Counted from the first letter of the stretch, positions 24,720-38,060 are shown. The stretch: DNA of 64,000 bases from Takakia lepidozioides (GCA_030704615.1 CM060731.1:33356001-33420000); one strand, 5' to 3'. Numbers and translations are program-made. Notes: generated by a model not told the origin, from the sequence alone.

Positions 24720-25075
24720 CAGCAATCCTCACTGTGCTCAGAACCACCTGTATCCCCCAGCACATTATACACGTCAAGCCCTCCCCACTTTAGTCGAAAC
24801 TGAAGAACACTTCTTCTTCTACTGCCCTCTATACTACGAGATCCGTGGGAGATTCCACTGTTTATTCAGTGGAACCCAAACTCTCACTGATGTCTTCCAC
24901 TATGAGGATCAAAAATGCTTGGCAGCCTACCTGCACGAGGCCTTCACCCTTCGACATTCGCTAGAACATTAATTGTGGATTCTGGACTTGTTCCTCTCTC
25001 ATGTTTCCATTTTGTCCCATAAGCTCTATGAGCTTTCCGCGGACGTTATAAAGTACCATTTCTATTTCATTTCTC
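24720..25075 (+). mobile_element. LINE 3' end (family B) with (ATTTC)n tail
   Basis: Reads ETEEHFFFYCPLYYEIRGRFHCLF...DQKCLAAYLHEAFTLR, then a 3' UTR ending CTTTCCGCGGACGTTATAAAGTACCATTTCTATTTCATTTC. The same terminus appears inverted near 6478, 11581 and 14147. Confidence 0.7.
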
Positions 25076-26855
25076 TTTAGTCATACACCCTACTACTGAT
25101 CCACATAGACAACACTGCCACCTGCCCATAAACGTCCTCAGAACCACCTCAACAGGCAAAGTGATTAAGCAAGGACTAAGTAACCTTGTCCTTTTACACA
25201 GTGATTCTGCAAGGATTAAGCTATTAGGATTGAGTACATTCAAACATCAACCACTGATCAACCCAAACCAACGTTAATGTGCAATCTTTTTCAAAAGGAC
25301 ATGAGCGGAATTGAGAGTGACCGAGAGAAAGATAGGGCCAAAAGAGCCAAAGGGTCTGCACATATAGAGGAAGACAGAATTTGCACAGAGGCTGCTAAGA
25401 GAAGGCAGGTTACCGAGCCCTATGACCTGCCTCATTGACACATGAGCCCTGCCCTGGCACAATTGGAAACAGTGAATGTGCAAAATGCGACAAAATGTAG
25501 CACTGACCTCGGCACCTTTTTCCAGACACCCTGTGCTTTCAGCCAACATATCCCAAATCTCCAACTCGAACCTGCCATCCAGATGAGATAGACCAGCTCA
25601 TGCAGATCTTACTAAGAATCTATGTACCATCAAACCAGTAAAAGGAGCCTGCCTGTGAGTTGTAAAACAGCTTACCAGCCTGAAACCTCTGTTTTAGTAA
25701 CAGTCTTTGCCATAGCAACGCTAGATTTGGCCAACACTTTTCCAGCATCGAGGTGCTTCATCTGCATGTCACGACCCATATGGCCGAGGTGCGAACTTCC
25801 CCTCGCTAAGCGTCACCACGAACTTTCATTGTTCGCCACCTCCAGGTGGCCTCCTTGTTCTACCCCCTATCCATGAACCTCCTCCTCTTGCATCCCATCG
25901 CCTTGAAACTGTTTGAAACAATTCTTAGTTGTAAAAAGGGAAAGAACACAACCCAGACCTTCACCTTCAAGCGCTCAGAAAAGCCCAAGCAACACCAATA
26001 CGCCTCAAAGGATACATGCCTAGAGTACGTTCTACAATACTCTCAAAGGAGCTCAGTTTCTTAAAGAGGGTAGTGTCACACATTAGTGTGTACAGATCGT
26101 ACAGCTACAAATTTCCATAGTTTTGGTAGTGTTGATTTTGACATATGCAGTGTTTATGACACCTAACTTACCTCCTATTTAACCATCGCCATAGCTCCAC
26201 GTTGAGAAGATTGTTTCTTATCACAGTAGTTCCGTTTCTCTGAAGGTGTCAGGATAGTGCTACAATTGTAGTCTGCTTTCGCTGCATCAAGGCTGTAATG
26301 TGTGCTACCTGCTTCCAATCATCTGCTCTGCATAAGTTTTGCTTAAGGCAGGCATGGGTGTGTTATTTGGTGAGGCCATGGGGGAAGCATAATAAAGACT
26401 GTCCGAACAAAACCAAGTCAAGCAAAAAAACTGACTTCCCTGAACTTGTGTGGATCAACCATTTTTTTTTTCCTTAACAAGGGAGCAGAGGCCCTAAGCC
26501 CTTCTTGACCTGACAGATTAAGATTGCGTGATTATCTCGTGATTATCTCGCTAAGACCAGTTCCATATTCACCGAATCTGCAACTGATGAATAAAGATAG
26601 AGACACTAGAAGAAACTTTAAGTTTGGAGACGCTTCCATTGTGGAACTAGTCTATACATAAAGTGAAATAGTGTGGTTGTGTTCTGACACACTCTAGCTT
26701 GTTGTGGTTCTAAGCTTGGGTGGTGAGCTCCTATTGACAAAGCATTATTACAGGTCCCGGGCTTTCTCATTCTACATGCTTGAACAGGGAAAGCTTGTTG
26801 TGGAGTGTGGAGATTAATTCCTATATACATCCAGTGCATTTTAGTGCTCCAGTAC

Positions 26856-29792
26856 TCAAGCACCATCTGCTGCCTTGTGTCCATAGCTCGACTGGAGCTC
26901 AATGAACTTCTGCAGGTTCCTTTGCACTGAACCGTCCTCGGCCACTGCTTTCATTGCTGAGTCTCTCAACTTCTCAACATTCCTTCTAGCAGCTCTTCCC
27001 TCGGGTTCATTCATCAGACACTTCACAGACCTGGCCACCTCTGCTTTTTCCACTATGCCATCAGACCCTTTGTGGACCTCAAGGGCAGCCTTCACGTCGT
27101 CGACAAGAAAGCTGCAGTTGTTGACCTCCCAAATTAGAGATAAGAATACAGTACTTATTAAAAGTATAGACATTGAACTTGCTGATAAACATGAAATGGT
27201 GCAGATGGGTTGGAGGATATGCATTCCTTGCCACACAAATCATCCAGTTCACCCAGCTCGAGCGTTACCAATGTATGATTTAAGAATACGAGTTTTTAGT
27301 TAATTGGCATGTGACGTCCATAAGAAAACACATCACCCAAGGGAGGACAAAACAGTGACCAGTTGCCAACACCAGATCAAATTTCTCCAATTCAAAACCA
27401 GGGATAGATTGCAAGGGTTCCATGGTTCTCAATTCCTTACAAGGACAGGTGGTTCATTGTGTCAGTGAAAAGTAGCTAACTTTTTCTTACCTCTCAGGTG
27501 TCCAGATCCTCTATCTTGATCCATGTACATGATGTATACTATAGTCGCCAGATCAATGATGTCAAAACCGTGATGATCAGATAATATTCACGTAACTTAT
27601 AAAAGAATCTGTGGTTCCTCTCTATTGGCAAGTTAAGTGGCTACCAAATTTCTACATGATGACATTATCCCAAGACACCCTTTACATAGCTCGGAGTAGC
27701 CTCTAACCTGAATTTGATGAGTGCATTTTGATTTTGCAGGTGGTGTTGTAATTTAAGACACCCCCACAGTTGTATCATGCCCAATGACCTTATTGGCAGG
27801 CATGTAAAATAAGTTTGGTGCAGAACATGTACCTGCAGTTCATCTTCTGCTCTGCCTGGATTGGCCATCCCAGCATTGGCACGCCACGGCATATGCTCTC
27901 CAAGGTCGAGTTCCAGCCACAGTGGGTCAGGAAGCCACCAACAGCTGGATGTGAGAGCACATGGAGCTGTGGGACCCACCCATTGACAACAAGTCCACGC
28001 CCCTCTGTACGTGCCTCAAAACCTTCAGGAAGCAACGAAAGGTTCTCAAAACCTGTCTCAGGCTGTGGAGACCGGACCACCAAAAGAAATCGGTGGTTGC
28101 TTGCCTCCAGCCCCAAAGCCAGTTCATGGATTTGGTGTAGTGAGAGAACAGCAACACTTCCGAAGGAAACAAACAGGACAGAAGATGCAGGTTGTGTGTC
28201 CAACCATTCGAGGCATGCGTCTCTCCTTTGTCTAGGACTCTTGGGCACAGCATCAGAAACAGAAGTGCTGACGTATGCAGAGGGCAGCAATGGACCAACT
28301 GGCAGAATACTTATAAGATGGGAGGCCTGCATGGTATCAGAAGTTTATGTTCCAGCAGAAGATGGACATTGCAACGTGGTTTACCATGACTCTAGAGGAT
28401 TGAAAGCACATGCAAGTACCAAATATTTCTGTTCTTTTTCTGTTCAGATTAGTTACCGTGATGCTATGGGAAGAAACAGAATACAAGCACTGAAGATCAC
28501 AGATGTCCAAGAATATTTCACCACTTTTTCATAGTACAGCCGATTCAATTTGAATCTGCAAGCAATCAACAAAGTAGCAAGTGAAAAAGTTCTAAATGCT
28601 AATACAGTAACCGAGGGAGATTGTCCTAACCTTCATGTTTTTGTTGCAGTATGTTTGAGTTTGCAGGACATCAATGCAGAATGGTTCCAACTCATAGAAG
28701 CTGTTCAGAAGTACCCCTGTGGCTTCAGCCATGCGTTCGGCATTATTCATGTAGAAGTGGTATTCAAAATTTGAGGCATCTAGGACAGGTGAAGGCAGAT
28801 CTGATATTGGTGTAGGCGGAACCCCTGGAATATCGTTCACAATTTCTGCACCTTGTGTCGGCTCTGGAGGCAACCTCCCTTGAGAAACAAGCATGGGAAT
28901 GTGCAGGAAAGTAGATAAACCAGTTGCTGGAGATGGAAACATGACATATCTTGGTATCTTGAACTTGTTGGCAACATCCTGTGGTGCCCAGCCAGGTTAG
29001 TAGTTTTTCCACCAGTGCACAAAATGTCATAAGCTCATATACTATGCTAACTCTAATCTCATGACAGAAACCTAAATCTAAAGAAAAATGCTGTGCCATG
29101 AGATATCTATGGTGGTTAATGGAGAGAATTTCAAAACAGCTGCCAGCTGGTTCCTGAAGTACAAAGACTGAAGCTGTAGTCTAATTAGCAGTTTTCCAAT
29201 GCCGTCTTTGCTCATCCACTGGCGAGGTATGAGTCCCCTTAGGCAGGGACTGTTGCTTCATCCTTGTAATACCCCTTTCCAACAATATAGACACACCGTT
29301 AAAATTGGGCAGTAGCTCAAATGTCGTAACTTCAACTGGCATCCCTCAGCTGGAGCACTGCCAAAACCTATACTGTATGGGTTGCAGCTGGGGAAAGAAG
29401 CTTGCCTGTGTCCACCCCATAAACATGTCACTGATAATGCAAGTCAGGGGCACACCCTCATTCTCATTGGTCAGCTTCTCCAGCAACTCTTCAGTCACAC
29501 CCTCCAGGCTATGCACATACTTTGCAAATGGCAGCGATCGATCTCCTGCTGCATGTACTGGCTGCCCTCCTAGCCCTACTATGGATATGCAATCAAGGCC
29601 GTCAAATGTATTGAAGACTTCTTGGGATATATGGTTGAATACGTTGACAAATGTTATGGTGACTCCAAGTGCAGATAATTGTTGCGCCAAATGAAGCAAT
29701 GGAATGCTGTGACCTTTGGCAGGATAAGGTAGCATCACTGCATGCACTCTCTGTCTAGTGTCTTTTTCGTAGCCCGTCTGAATAGTAGCCAT
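26856..29792 (-). CDS. UGT: UDP-glycosyltransferase (GT1, PSPG box), 4 exons
   Basis: Exons: 29792-29406, 28978-28631, 28326-27833, 27111-26856. Catalytic His in [10 protein letters not shown]; CIISDMF; VSFGS; PSPG box [44 protein letters not shown]. Intron 1 is GC-AG. Confidence 0.92.
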
Positions 29793-31859
29793 GGGTGCGT
29801 GTGTTATCTTCTTCGATGGATAAAAGTCGCACCTGCATGTTCAAGGGACAAGTCACCAATGGAGCAGTGTACCAAAAGATTTGGCAGTGTATCTCAAATC
29901 TGACAATGAAGAGTTCTGAGTATATGCATAAAGAGAGTTTACAAAGTTCAGAAAAAAGTTTGAAAATGTCCAGGAAAAGCCCAAAGAGCTTCGTTGGGTG
30001 GGGGGAGCTCAGTTTGTTAGAAGCTACAATTTCCTCCATGCGCCAGTTTGACAGTCTCTGCTGGAGACATTGAAAATGTCTAGTGAGGTGGACGATGGTT
30101 GGCCGCACCAAGAAGTCTCCTCCGTGGACCAAGTCTTCACTTTGCAATTCTGGGGACCAGTCTACACACGTTAACAATACTAAAGGTTTGGAGGTGAGCT
30201 TGGCTACTCCCTTCAATGACCACTACTCACCGGACCAAGTTCTCAGTTTTAGTGATAAAGACGAGTGATAAAGACGAGTGATCCTAATCCTGTGAAAGGT
30301 CTTGAACACAACGGAAAGTCTGAAGTGAGATTCATCAAGGACGACTTTGTCTCCTTGTGTAAATCTGGTCAAAGCTATCTTCATAGGAAGCTGCTGACGG
30401 AACCTGTACTGACTTGCTAAGGTGTAAACTTTGATTTGCACACTCGAAGGTCTCTAGAGAATATTGTTGACGTCCAAACACCGACCTTGAGAAACAGAGA
30501 AATGGTTTTCTTCTTCACTCGTCCAGCTGAATGGCCGTACCAAATCGATTGTCCTAGCGAAATTCTTGCAGAGGACACATACACCAATGGAGGTGGGCGA
30601 CTGCTGCTCCTTGGACAGTCAATGGTCCTCACCGGAACACCACTGGGTCTACCGAGATTGGACCATTGTATGACTGCCTTCACGTGGATACCCTGCTCAA
30701 TGCGCGGACTCAGTGGTCACTTCGTGGCTCTCATATGGGATCCTCACTCCTCAATTTCTATGATGAACTCGGAAGCCATTTGTCAGGAACTCATAGACAT
30801 CTCATGCTTAATGAACTAAAGTTCTACTCTCAGCATAACCCACTTGCAGTCCTGGTCTGGAACACACGGCGGTAATATCTGGCCTGGTCACTGCACAACT
30901 AACTTCTGCATTCCAGAGAGTGCTTCAAAATGTCGTAAGTTCTCAGTTCTCCCAGCTCCAGAGACCCAAAGTCTATAGAGCGAGGAACAAAAGGTCGCAA
31001 CTTCCAGTTGTAGCAACCCAAGGCTTTGCATTGTCCAGGCTCCGTCAAAGTCAGCACAGACCAGACCTTTCTCCTCACCTGCCAACCCTTCTAAAGTTTT
31101 CATGGAATCGTTTCTTTTCAAAGATTTCATGGAAGGTTTTGTTTGGAGCGAGGTAGGTATACCTACCTAACGTCACTGTCCGATTAATCCTGTGACGTTC
31201 ATGAAGGCAGGTGCCAGGGACTACCGTATGCATGTTTTAAGAAAATAGAATGATGTTGTAGTGGCCTGTTGTCGTACCTTTGCAACTTCTGATTAGTGCG
31301 TCCTCTTGGATTTGGGCTGCAGAAATGGGATCAATTCCGGGTCATCATGTGCAAGCTCGATACGAAACGTCTGAGGTCCTAATTCCGAGGTCTGGTGATT
31401 GACTCTCTGTCCATGGGTGTGGACTTGCAAGTTCTCTCCTCACGAAGGAAGGTGATTACTTACCTACTCGCAGCAGTATATGACAGTACCCCAGTCTTGG
31501 CTCCAGAGAAACCATGTCTTTTACAGTGAATCCACTTTTTTGCAGACTTCTCATGTAAGGGGATTAGTCGCAGCAAGGAGGTAAATGGTGGACCCAGATT
31601 ATAGGCATGTGTAGTACAAGTAGTGTTTTTGAGCCGCCACTTCTAATCGTGTTTGAGCTTTTTGAGCCAAAACTAGTATGCTGCTTGACAGTGCAACTGC
31701 TGCCTATTTTCCTGTAAGCTCTCAGCATTCAAAGTGTTTCCTCCTTGAATTGAATTCTCGCACCCTGTATGCATCTCAACCAACTCGCCAGTCCAGGCGC
31801 TCCTACATTTTTCTATCACCGTGCTAGGCCTGGGGCATGGTGCAATTCTTTGATGGATA

Positions 31860-32184
31860 TTCGAGTCACCCCAATTAGTGTGGTTCATGTCAGCTTGGTC
31901 TATGTCACCCTGGTGTCTGGTGTAAGTTTCTCTCAAGTATTTTTTATGACACCAAGTGGAAAGTACACCGATTGGAATCACACTCCCTAGTGTGACACTC
32001 TTCCATGTCACCCCAATGTCACCCCCGGATGATGTCAGCCCATTGCGTGTCATCCCAGTTTGTGTCACTCTCAGGAGAGGCTGGGAAAGATTTGACATGC
32101 CGAGACCCAGCATATCATGCTTGCACAAGTACATTAAGTTCTTATGCTTGCACAAGTACATTAAGTTCTTACATTAGTGTAGTG
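31860..32184. mobile_element. Possible CACTA terminal fragment
   Basis: Dense TGTCACCC-like subterminal repeats, a 27-bp tandem duplication at 32117-32170, and an end ...TAGTGTAGTG (reverse complement CACTACACTA). Partner end not found. Confidence 0.4.
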
Positions 32185-32541
32185 ACTAGTGGCGACTGGA
32201 GGTCGAAGACTCGTTTTAGTGTAGAGCAGGAATAGGGTGCCATACCACCACATCAGCATTCCAATGGAGACAACTGAGGTGGTCTCGGTGTAATCCCCGC
32301 ACTCTCATTTTTTAAGCTGCCGGGGAAAAAGAGATTTTCTTACCAATCTGCTCTAATATCGTTTCTTTCTTTTAACTTATGGGGGCGGAGGCCCTTTCAA
32401 ATTACACTAAAAAGAAGAGAAAAAATAACCACCCGAGGGCCTCCGACTTTCTTTCTTTCTTTCTTTCTTTTGTTTCTTTATACCTTCAATGTAAATGTTA
32501 TAGCACTTTTAGATATTAAATTGCTTCTCTTTTAACAATAA

Positions 32542-33129
32542 TAGGGTCATGAATGCCCACACATGTGGCTGCGGCGGGGCCGCGTGTGGAGGGGGTCGCG
32601 GATGGTGGGAACGCCCCCGGTTCCGCCAATCCCAGTCCGCTTGTTGGGTCTGCTTGGCAAGCTGGTATGCTAGGGCCCACAAAACACATGAGCTAATCTG
32701 TCGGGGCCCACAATATGCACATAAAGCATTAGTTATTGCAATGGTGTAGAAAGTGGCGGGTAGTGTGGTGGTTTAGAGCAATGAATGGTAACTATGAGGT
32801 GTGGTGCTCAAATTTTGTTACGTTGTACCATGGTAGTAACGTGTGTTATTAAATATATATTTTGTCGAAGGGTCTGCCGGTCTGCTGGAGGGGGTTTGTC
32901 GAGTCTGTTGGAGAGGTGCCAGTCCGCTTGTCGGTCTGGAGGGTCTGCTAGAAGGTTGGAGTCGATCTGTTGGAGGGTCTGCCCAGTCCGCTAGAAGGTC
33001 TGCCACGGTAGATTAACAAGGACTTAAGAAAAATTTCAGAATCTCGCCGACCCGGTGAATGGGCGGTGGGCTTATGCGCTCAACCCAAGGGTCGTACTGG
33101 CGGGGCCCGCCCGTGCATTCATGACCCTA
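32542..33129. mobile_element. hAT-like MITE
   Basis: 15-bp inverted termini TAGGGTCATGAATGC / GCATTCATGACCCTA with GC-rich subterminal sequence. No clean 8-bp TSD. Confidence 0.65.
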
Positions 33130-33591
33130 TTATTAAACAATGAGAGGCTATTAAATTTGATATCCATCTCCAAAAACACGTCTCCAAACTAGCTCGATTC
33201 AATAAAATCATCTTAAGTCACCTTCCCTTCCGCCCCTAATACATCCCCACAATGCCTCTGGTGGGCACTTTGCGCGCATCCGTTCAGTCGAGTAGACTCG
33301 GGAACTAAGGACGGGCGAGCCTGCAGCAGTAGGCCCATGCCAAGGTGCGTACAATGTTTATCTCATCTCAGCAAGCCCCACCCCCAACCTCTATCCCGCT
33401 TTGTTCCACGCCGCACCCCATACCCAGAGAGGAATGCCAATAACCAAATACATGAAACGCATTTTTACGCTGATTTCGGTGCTATTCTAAGTTTGGTCCT
33501 CCTTTTTTTTCTTGTATTTTGTTCGCGTGCTCTTTTGACATTTATTGCACTTCACCCTGTCTTTTGGCCTAACTCACCCTCCGTCCTCTCA

Positions 33592-34402
33592 GGGGTTGGT
33601 AGGACGTGAGCACAAACCCACGATCACGGGGGTTTTATGTTTTTAAACCACGTTCATAGGAGTTATATGTTTTCAAAACGGGCGGATATAGAGACACGGT
33701 GCATTCTGTGCCTATTTCTGTCTCTAAACCCAAAACCCTATACGAAATAGACACCCATAATGTATATCTACAAGCTCCAAGTTCCACATATCTACAGTTT
33801 TGGTATCCTACAAAAGAATAGCAGATTAGAGAAAAACAAAGTCGCAATAACCAACATCATCCAAAATACACAAATACCAAACAATAGTTGAACAATTTAA
33901 TATAATGAGGCAAACAACGGGTTTCGTTAACAAGAAAAAATTCAAGGTATCGAGTTTCGCCAACGAAATAATGGGTTTCGTCGGTTAAATAACAGATTTC
34001 GCGAGCGAAATATTGGATTTCATCGGCAAAATTTCCAAGTATCGCTGCGTAGGTCATTATCATATGGTTTCGTGGGCGAAACAAAATGTGTTGTGTTTGG
34101 TTTTGCATATAAGAGACGACGTGAGATTATTTTATTTCCCTAACGAATTGTTATGTGCTTGTGCGTACAGAAAAATAAACCATGGAAATAGGGTGCCCAT
34201 CCATATTCATGACTCATTTTGTGCCTATTTCTCCCCTGTCTATTTCTCTTTGTGTGGTTTGTGCTCACGTAAGCATAAGTCTGTTCGTGAGCACAAATTG
34301 CACATTTTAGTTTTGCTATCGCATCTTTTCAAGAATATTCTAGGAATTTCTGGTATATCCTTTTGTGCTCACGTGAGCCTGCTCACATGCTACCCAACCT
34401 CC
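33592..34402. mobile_element. Non-autonomous Mutator-like element, copy 1
   Basis: Termini GGGGTTGGTAG.ACGTGAGC / GCTCACATGCTACCCAACCTCC; imperfect 9-bp TSD GTCCTCTCA / ATCCTCTCG. Inverted homologue at 37272-38060. Confidence 0.7.
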
Positions 34403-34439
34403 ATCCTCTCGACTTAACGGATAACTCTAATATTTGGTC

Positions 34440-36140
34440 GGATAGGGAACTTAGTACCACACATTGCAGTAAACTCCCAACCACATAGCTATCCGAAGCA
34501 ATCTCTTTCACAATTCACCACCTCGATCAATCCATCCACTTCTTAGCACCAGACCAACCATATACGAACCTTTGGATCCAACTCATTCCTACCGTCAATT
34601 GGCAAGTACAAAATCAGACCACATGCAAGTTGAAAGCCAAGCCCTCATGGCCTACCCTGCATCTATCCACAAAAAAATTCATCATTCCAACAGCACTTAA
34701 CCCCTAAATGTCGGATCGACCCGTTTTAGGTCGCACCTTGTTTTTCAAATAGCCATATCTTCTTGGATCCGTATCTGATTGGATTTTGGTAACATCAATG
34801 TTATAGCCCTCAAGTCGGGCTTTCCATCTTGAAAAGATGGTGGGTGGAAAAAGATATTGCATCGGTTTTTAATGCGAATGCCACGGCCCCCCCCCCACCC
34901 CCCCCAAGGACATGAAAATGGCAAGAATTTTTGGTGGTCTGCGAGGCCGAAATGGTTAATTTCGGGCAGATCATCAGTGGATATGGTTTGTCCGCTGCAC
35001 GAATCTTGGGCGGGTATGAGTACCCGCCCACGGCTGGCACGTCGGGTTGAAGGACAGGGTGAGGTGACCCACTCACCATCAGGCATCGAGATTGGGGGTC
35101 CTATCCTCTGCACGGTCTGCAATGAATGCAGGCTACGAAGGGGGGCTAACCGCCGCTCCACAGGGTTGGCTCTAGAGGGTGACCCCAGATTCCCATGGGA
35201 CACGCCCTAAGAAACACGGGGCAATGCAGAATGACATGTCTTGGCAAAGGAAATCCAAATCTGAGGGGATTTTCAAGATGGATTGAATTAAAAAATTCAG
35301 GACTACCTTCCCAACTTGATTTAGGACGTTGTGCCCATTCCGTTTTCCAAAAAAACACACCCATGTTTTCCCCAAAATAATAAAAAATGGCAACATACAG
35401 AAAATGCACTTTGTGGGACCCCCCCTCTGGATCACTACAAAGCAGGCATAATCAGATCTTGTCCAAAAACTCTGAAACCTTAGGAGAAGGTGGCCAACAT
35501 CATGAGACATGTCCATGTAAAATTTTAACTCAATCAGACCAGCCATTTGGGAATTTCGATAATATTTGTATAATTATTTTGTACTCTGCAGAGGATACAT
35601 AAACTTTTCATGCTCACAAAAAACATGTAAGATTCCAATTCATGCGGCCAAATGTCATGAAACGCTGGGTAAAGATAGGGGATGTAGTTTAAATCATGAT
35701 TGTACGGTGAACTTTTTTAGATCTGAGCAAATGCTTAGTTATAAATAAAAAGGTAGCATGAGGTTCAGATTTTGCAATTATTTTTAAAAAAAATTGTAGG
35801 CATTCAGGGGCTAAACCCTCAGTTGAATACACATTCCATGCCGCTCCGGCCTACTCCCTCCCAGACATAGCTCAAAGACATCATTAGCCTTACCAAGCGC
35901 ATTTGCAGCCTCCCAATTAGGACACCCAATGCCCTCTCTCAACTCCCCCAAAACAACTATGGAATTGGCTCCTCCCTGCTTGCTCTTTCATATGCAAGAA
36001 CATTAGGAGCACAACTACAAGATGCCATAAATGACTCTGGCCGACTTGGTTGTATATACAAAGGATTACTTGGACACCTCCCCTTTAAATTTGAGTGACT
36101 CTACTCCCTCCCCACATTTACTGCCCGAGCATGCCTACAC
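34440..36140 (+). pseudogene. Decayed non-LTR retrotransposon RT region, split by the TTAA insertion
   Basis: After removing 34701-35814 it reads IPTALKPSVEYTFHAAPAYSLPDI...IISLTKRICSLPIRTPNALSQLPQNNYGIG...QLQDAINDSGRLGCIYKGL, resembling the RT thumb of algal/plant non-LTR elements. Confidence 0.55.
34701..35810. mobile_element. piggyBac-like non-autonomous DNA element
   Basis: TTAA|CCCCTAAATGTC ... GGCATTCAGGGG|CTAA; TIRs match at 10 of 12 positions, and excision restores the flanking LINE frame. Confidence 0.65.
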
Positions 36141-36414
36141 TCCCCTTTCGCATGAGAACCACGTGAGAAAGGCTCAAACCCTCGGACATTCCCGTGTGGA
36201 CAGATAGCCTGCCTTGTCTTCATGCTCCCGCGTAAGAAAACCCTCACATTTGAGTCTTCCCCCTCACATATCAAGGTTCTTCACTTTTTGAGCACAACAA
36301 TGTTCTTGATCATAAGGAGCATTCTAATCCCAGTAACTTGGCTAGAAAGCAAAGCTTGGCTGCACGAGTGTGTTGATGGTCATATTTAGCAATATTGAGC
36401 CCACACCACACTTA

Positions 36415-36748
36415 GAGCATCTCCACCGGGGGTACACTAAACACCATTGCACGGTAATCTCCCGCAGCCTCGAACACTCCCCTCCTTCAGTGCCAACTCC
36501 ATCAAACTATCCTGCACATGTAATTTTTGATGACGTGCCTTGCTGCGGAGGGACCACCTGGCAGACACCGCCTTATCATCACGCCATAAATGCACGATGA
36601 TGTGCTTTTTAGTGGCTCCAACAAGTACCGGCCGGGCTGACAAGGGCCCGTATCCTGCACCAAAGTGCGGGCCCTGGGGGTGCGGATACCAGGGCCGGGG
36701 GCTCAAGTACCGTTGCCGTGGCATTTAGGGACAGTGGTGGGGATGCTC
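36415..36748. mobile_element. PIF/Harbinger MITE (GAGCATCTCCA type)
   Basis: TIR GAGCATCTCCACC / GGTGGGGATGCTC (12 of 13); TTA TSD at 36412-36414 and 36749-36751. Confidence 0.88.
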
Positions 36749-37271
36749 TTATAGGTGTAGTTATCATACCAGTTTCCTTCCCATTGAAGCAAGGGTTTTT
36801 TTTATCTTTCTTTCTTTCTTTTGGGAACGGGGGACAAAGGTAATGAAATAGATTAAGTTAGAAAGAAGTGGAAAAACTAACTGGCACCAGAGGTCGTGAG
36901 GGGTTTACAGTGGGCATACCATCCCAGGGCAATTCCTGAAGAATCGACAAATAATACATATAGTATAAAAAATAAAAATACCCTATACCATTATAAATGT
37001 TTAGTTTCATAGTATAGTTTCCAATTAAAAACAAATGTTCGATTCAACCCAATGCGAATAGTAGTAGTACAAAGCACTGAAAAAAAGAGATCAATTTTTG
37101 GGCAGACAATAATCACTGCGACTAAAATTATACATAACAATTTCTACCCCAAAGCTAAGTTTAGATTTATTATTTATTCTCCAGGGGGGTAAAAGCCCTA
37201 GATAGGCTGAAAGTATATCAAAATGAGGAAAAAATCTCACATGACATGCCATGGAGGGAGGTTGAATGGAA

Positions 37272-38060
37272 GGAGGTTGGGTAGCATGTGCGCAGGCCGA
37301 CGCTTGCTCATGTGAGCAAAAGAGGATATGCTGCAAATTCCAAAGAATATTCTTGAAAAAAATACTTTAGAGAAACTAAAATGTGCTCACGCCAAACAAC
37401 ATTTGGAAATTTCTGCTCACGTAAGCACAAGCCACAAAAAATTGGGGCATATGGAATTGCTCTCAGTGCCATCTCCATCAAGAATTTTCGTTGATTAATA
37501 GTTGTATATTTAATTATGTGATGTTGCCGCTAGTAGCAATCATTCATATGCAAAACTAGACACAACTCATTTTGTTTCGCCCATGAAAGCATGGGTAATG
37601 ACCTACCGCAATAAGCACATAACAATTCGTTAGCGAAATAAACAACCTCACGTCGTCTCTTATATGCAACACCAAACACAACTCATTTTCTTTCATTCAG
37701 GAAACCACTGGATAATGACCTACGCAACGATACCTTGAAATTTCACCGGTGAAACCCATTTTTTGCCTCATTACATTAAATTATTCAATTATTGTTGTGT
37801 GTTTATGATGGTGTTGGACGGTTATTGTGACTTTGTTTTCCCTAATGTGTTATTCTTTTGTACATACCAAAGCTGTAAATATTTGGATCTTGGAGCTTGT
37901 AGATATACATTAGGGGTGCCTATTCGCGTGTAAGAACCTTAGATCTGTCATTCGTATTCTATTTCCGTAAAAACATGGGTATCCTATTATCGTATTTTGT
38001 GCTTACGCGAATATTTTTCCTATACTCACATGAGCTGTGTGCTCACGTTCTACCAACCCC
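37272..38060. mobile_element. Non-autonomous Mutator-like element, copy 2 (inverted relative to copy 1)
   Basis: 37760-37925 is the reverse complement of about 33745-33915 (e.g. AATGTATATCTACAAGCTCCAAG), with matching termini. Confidence 0.7.

Noticed and set aside
12774-29792. POP plus UGT as a specialised-metabolite or cyclic-peptide cluster
   Set aside because: No precursor peptide or other tailoring gene is seen, and the genes are separated by an unrelated PPR and TE debris.
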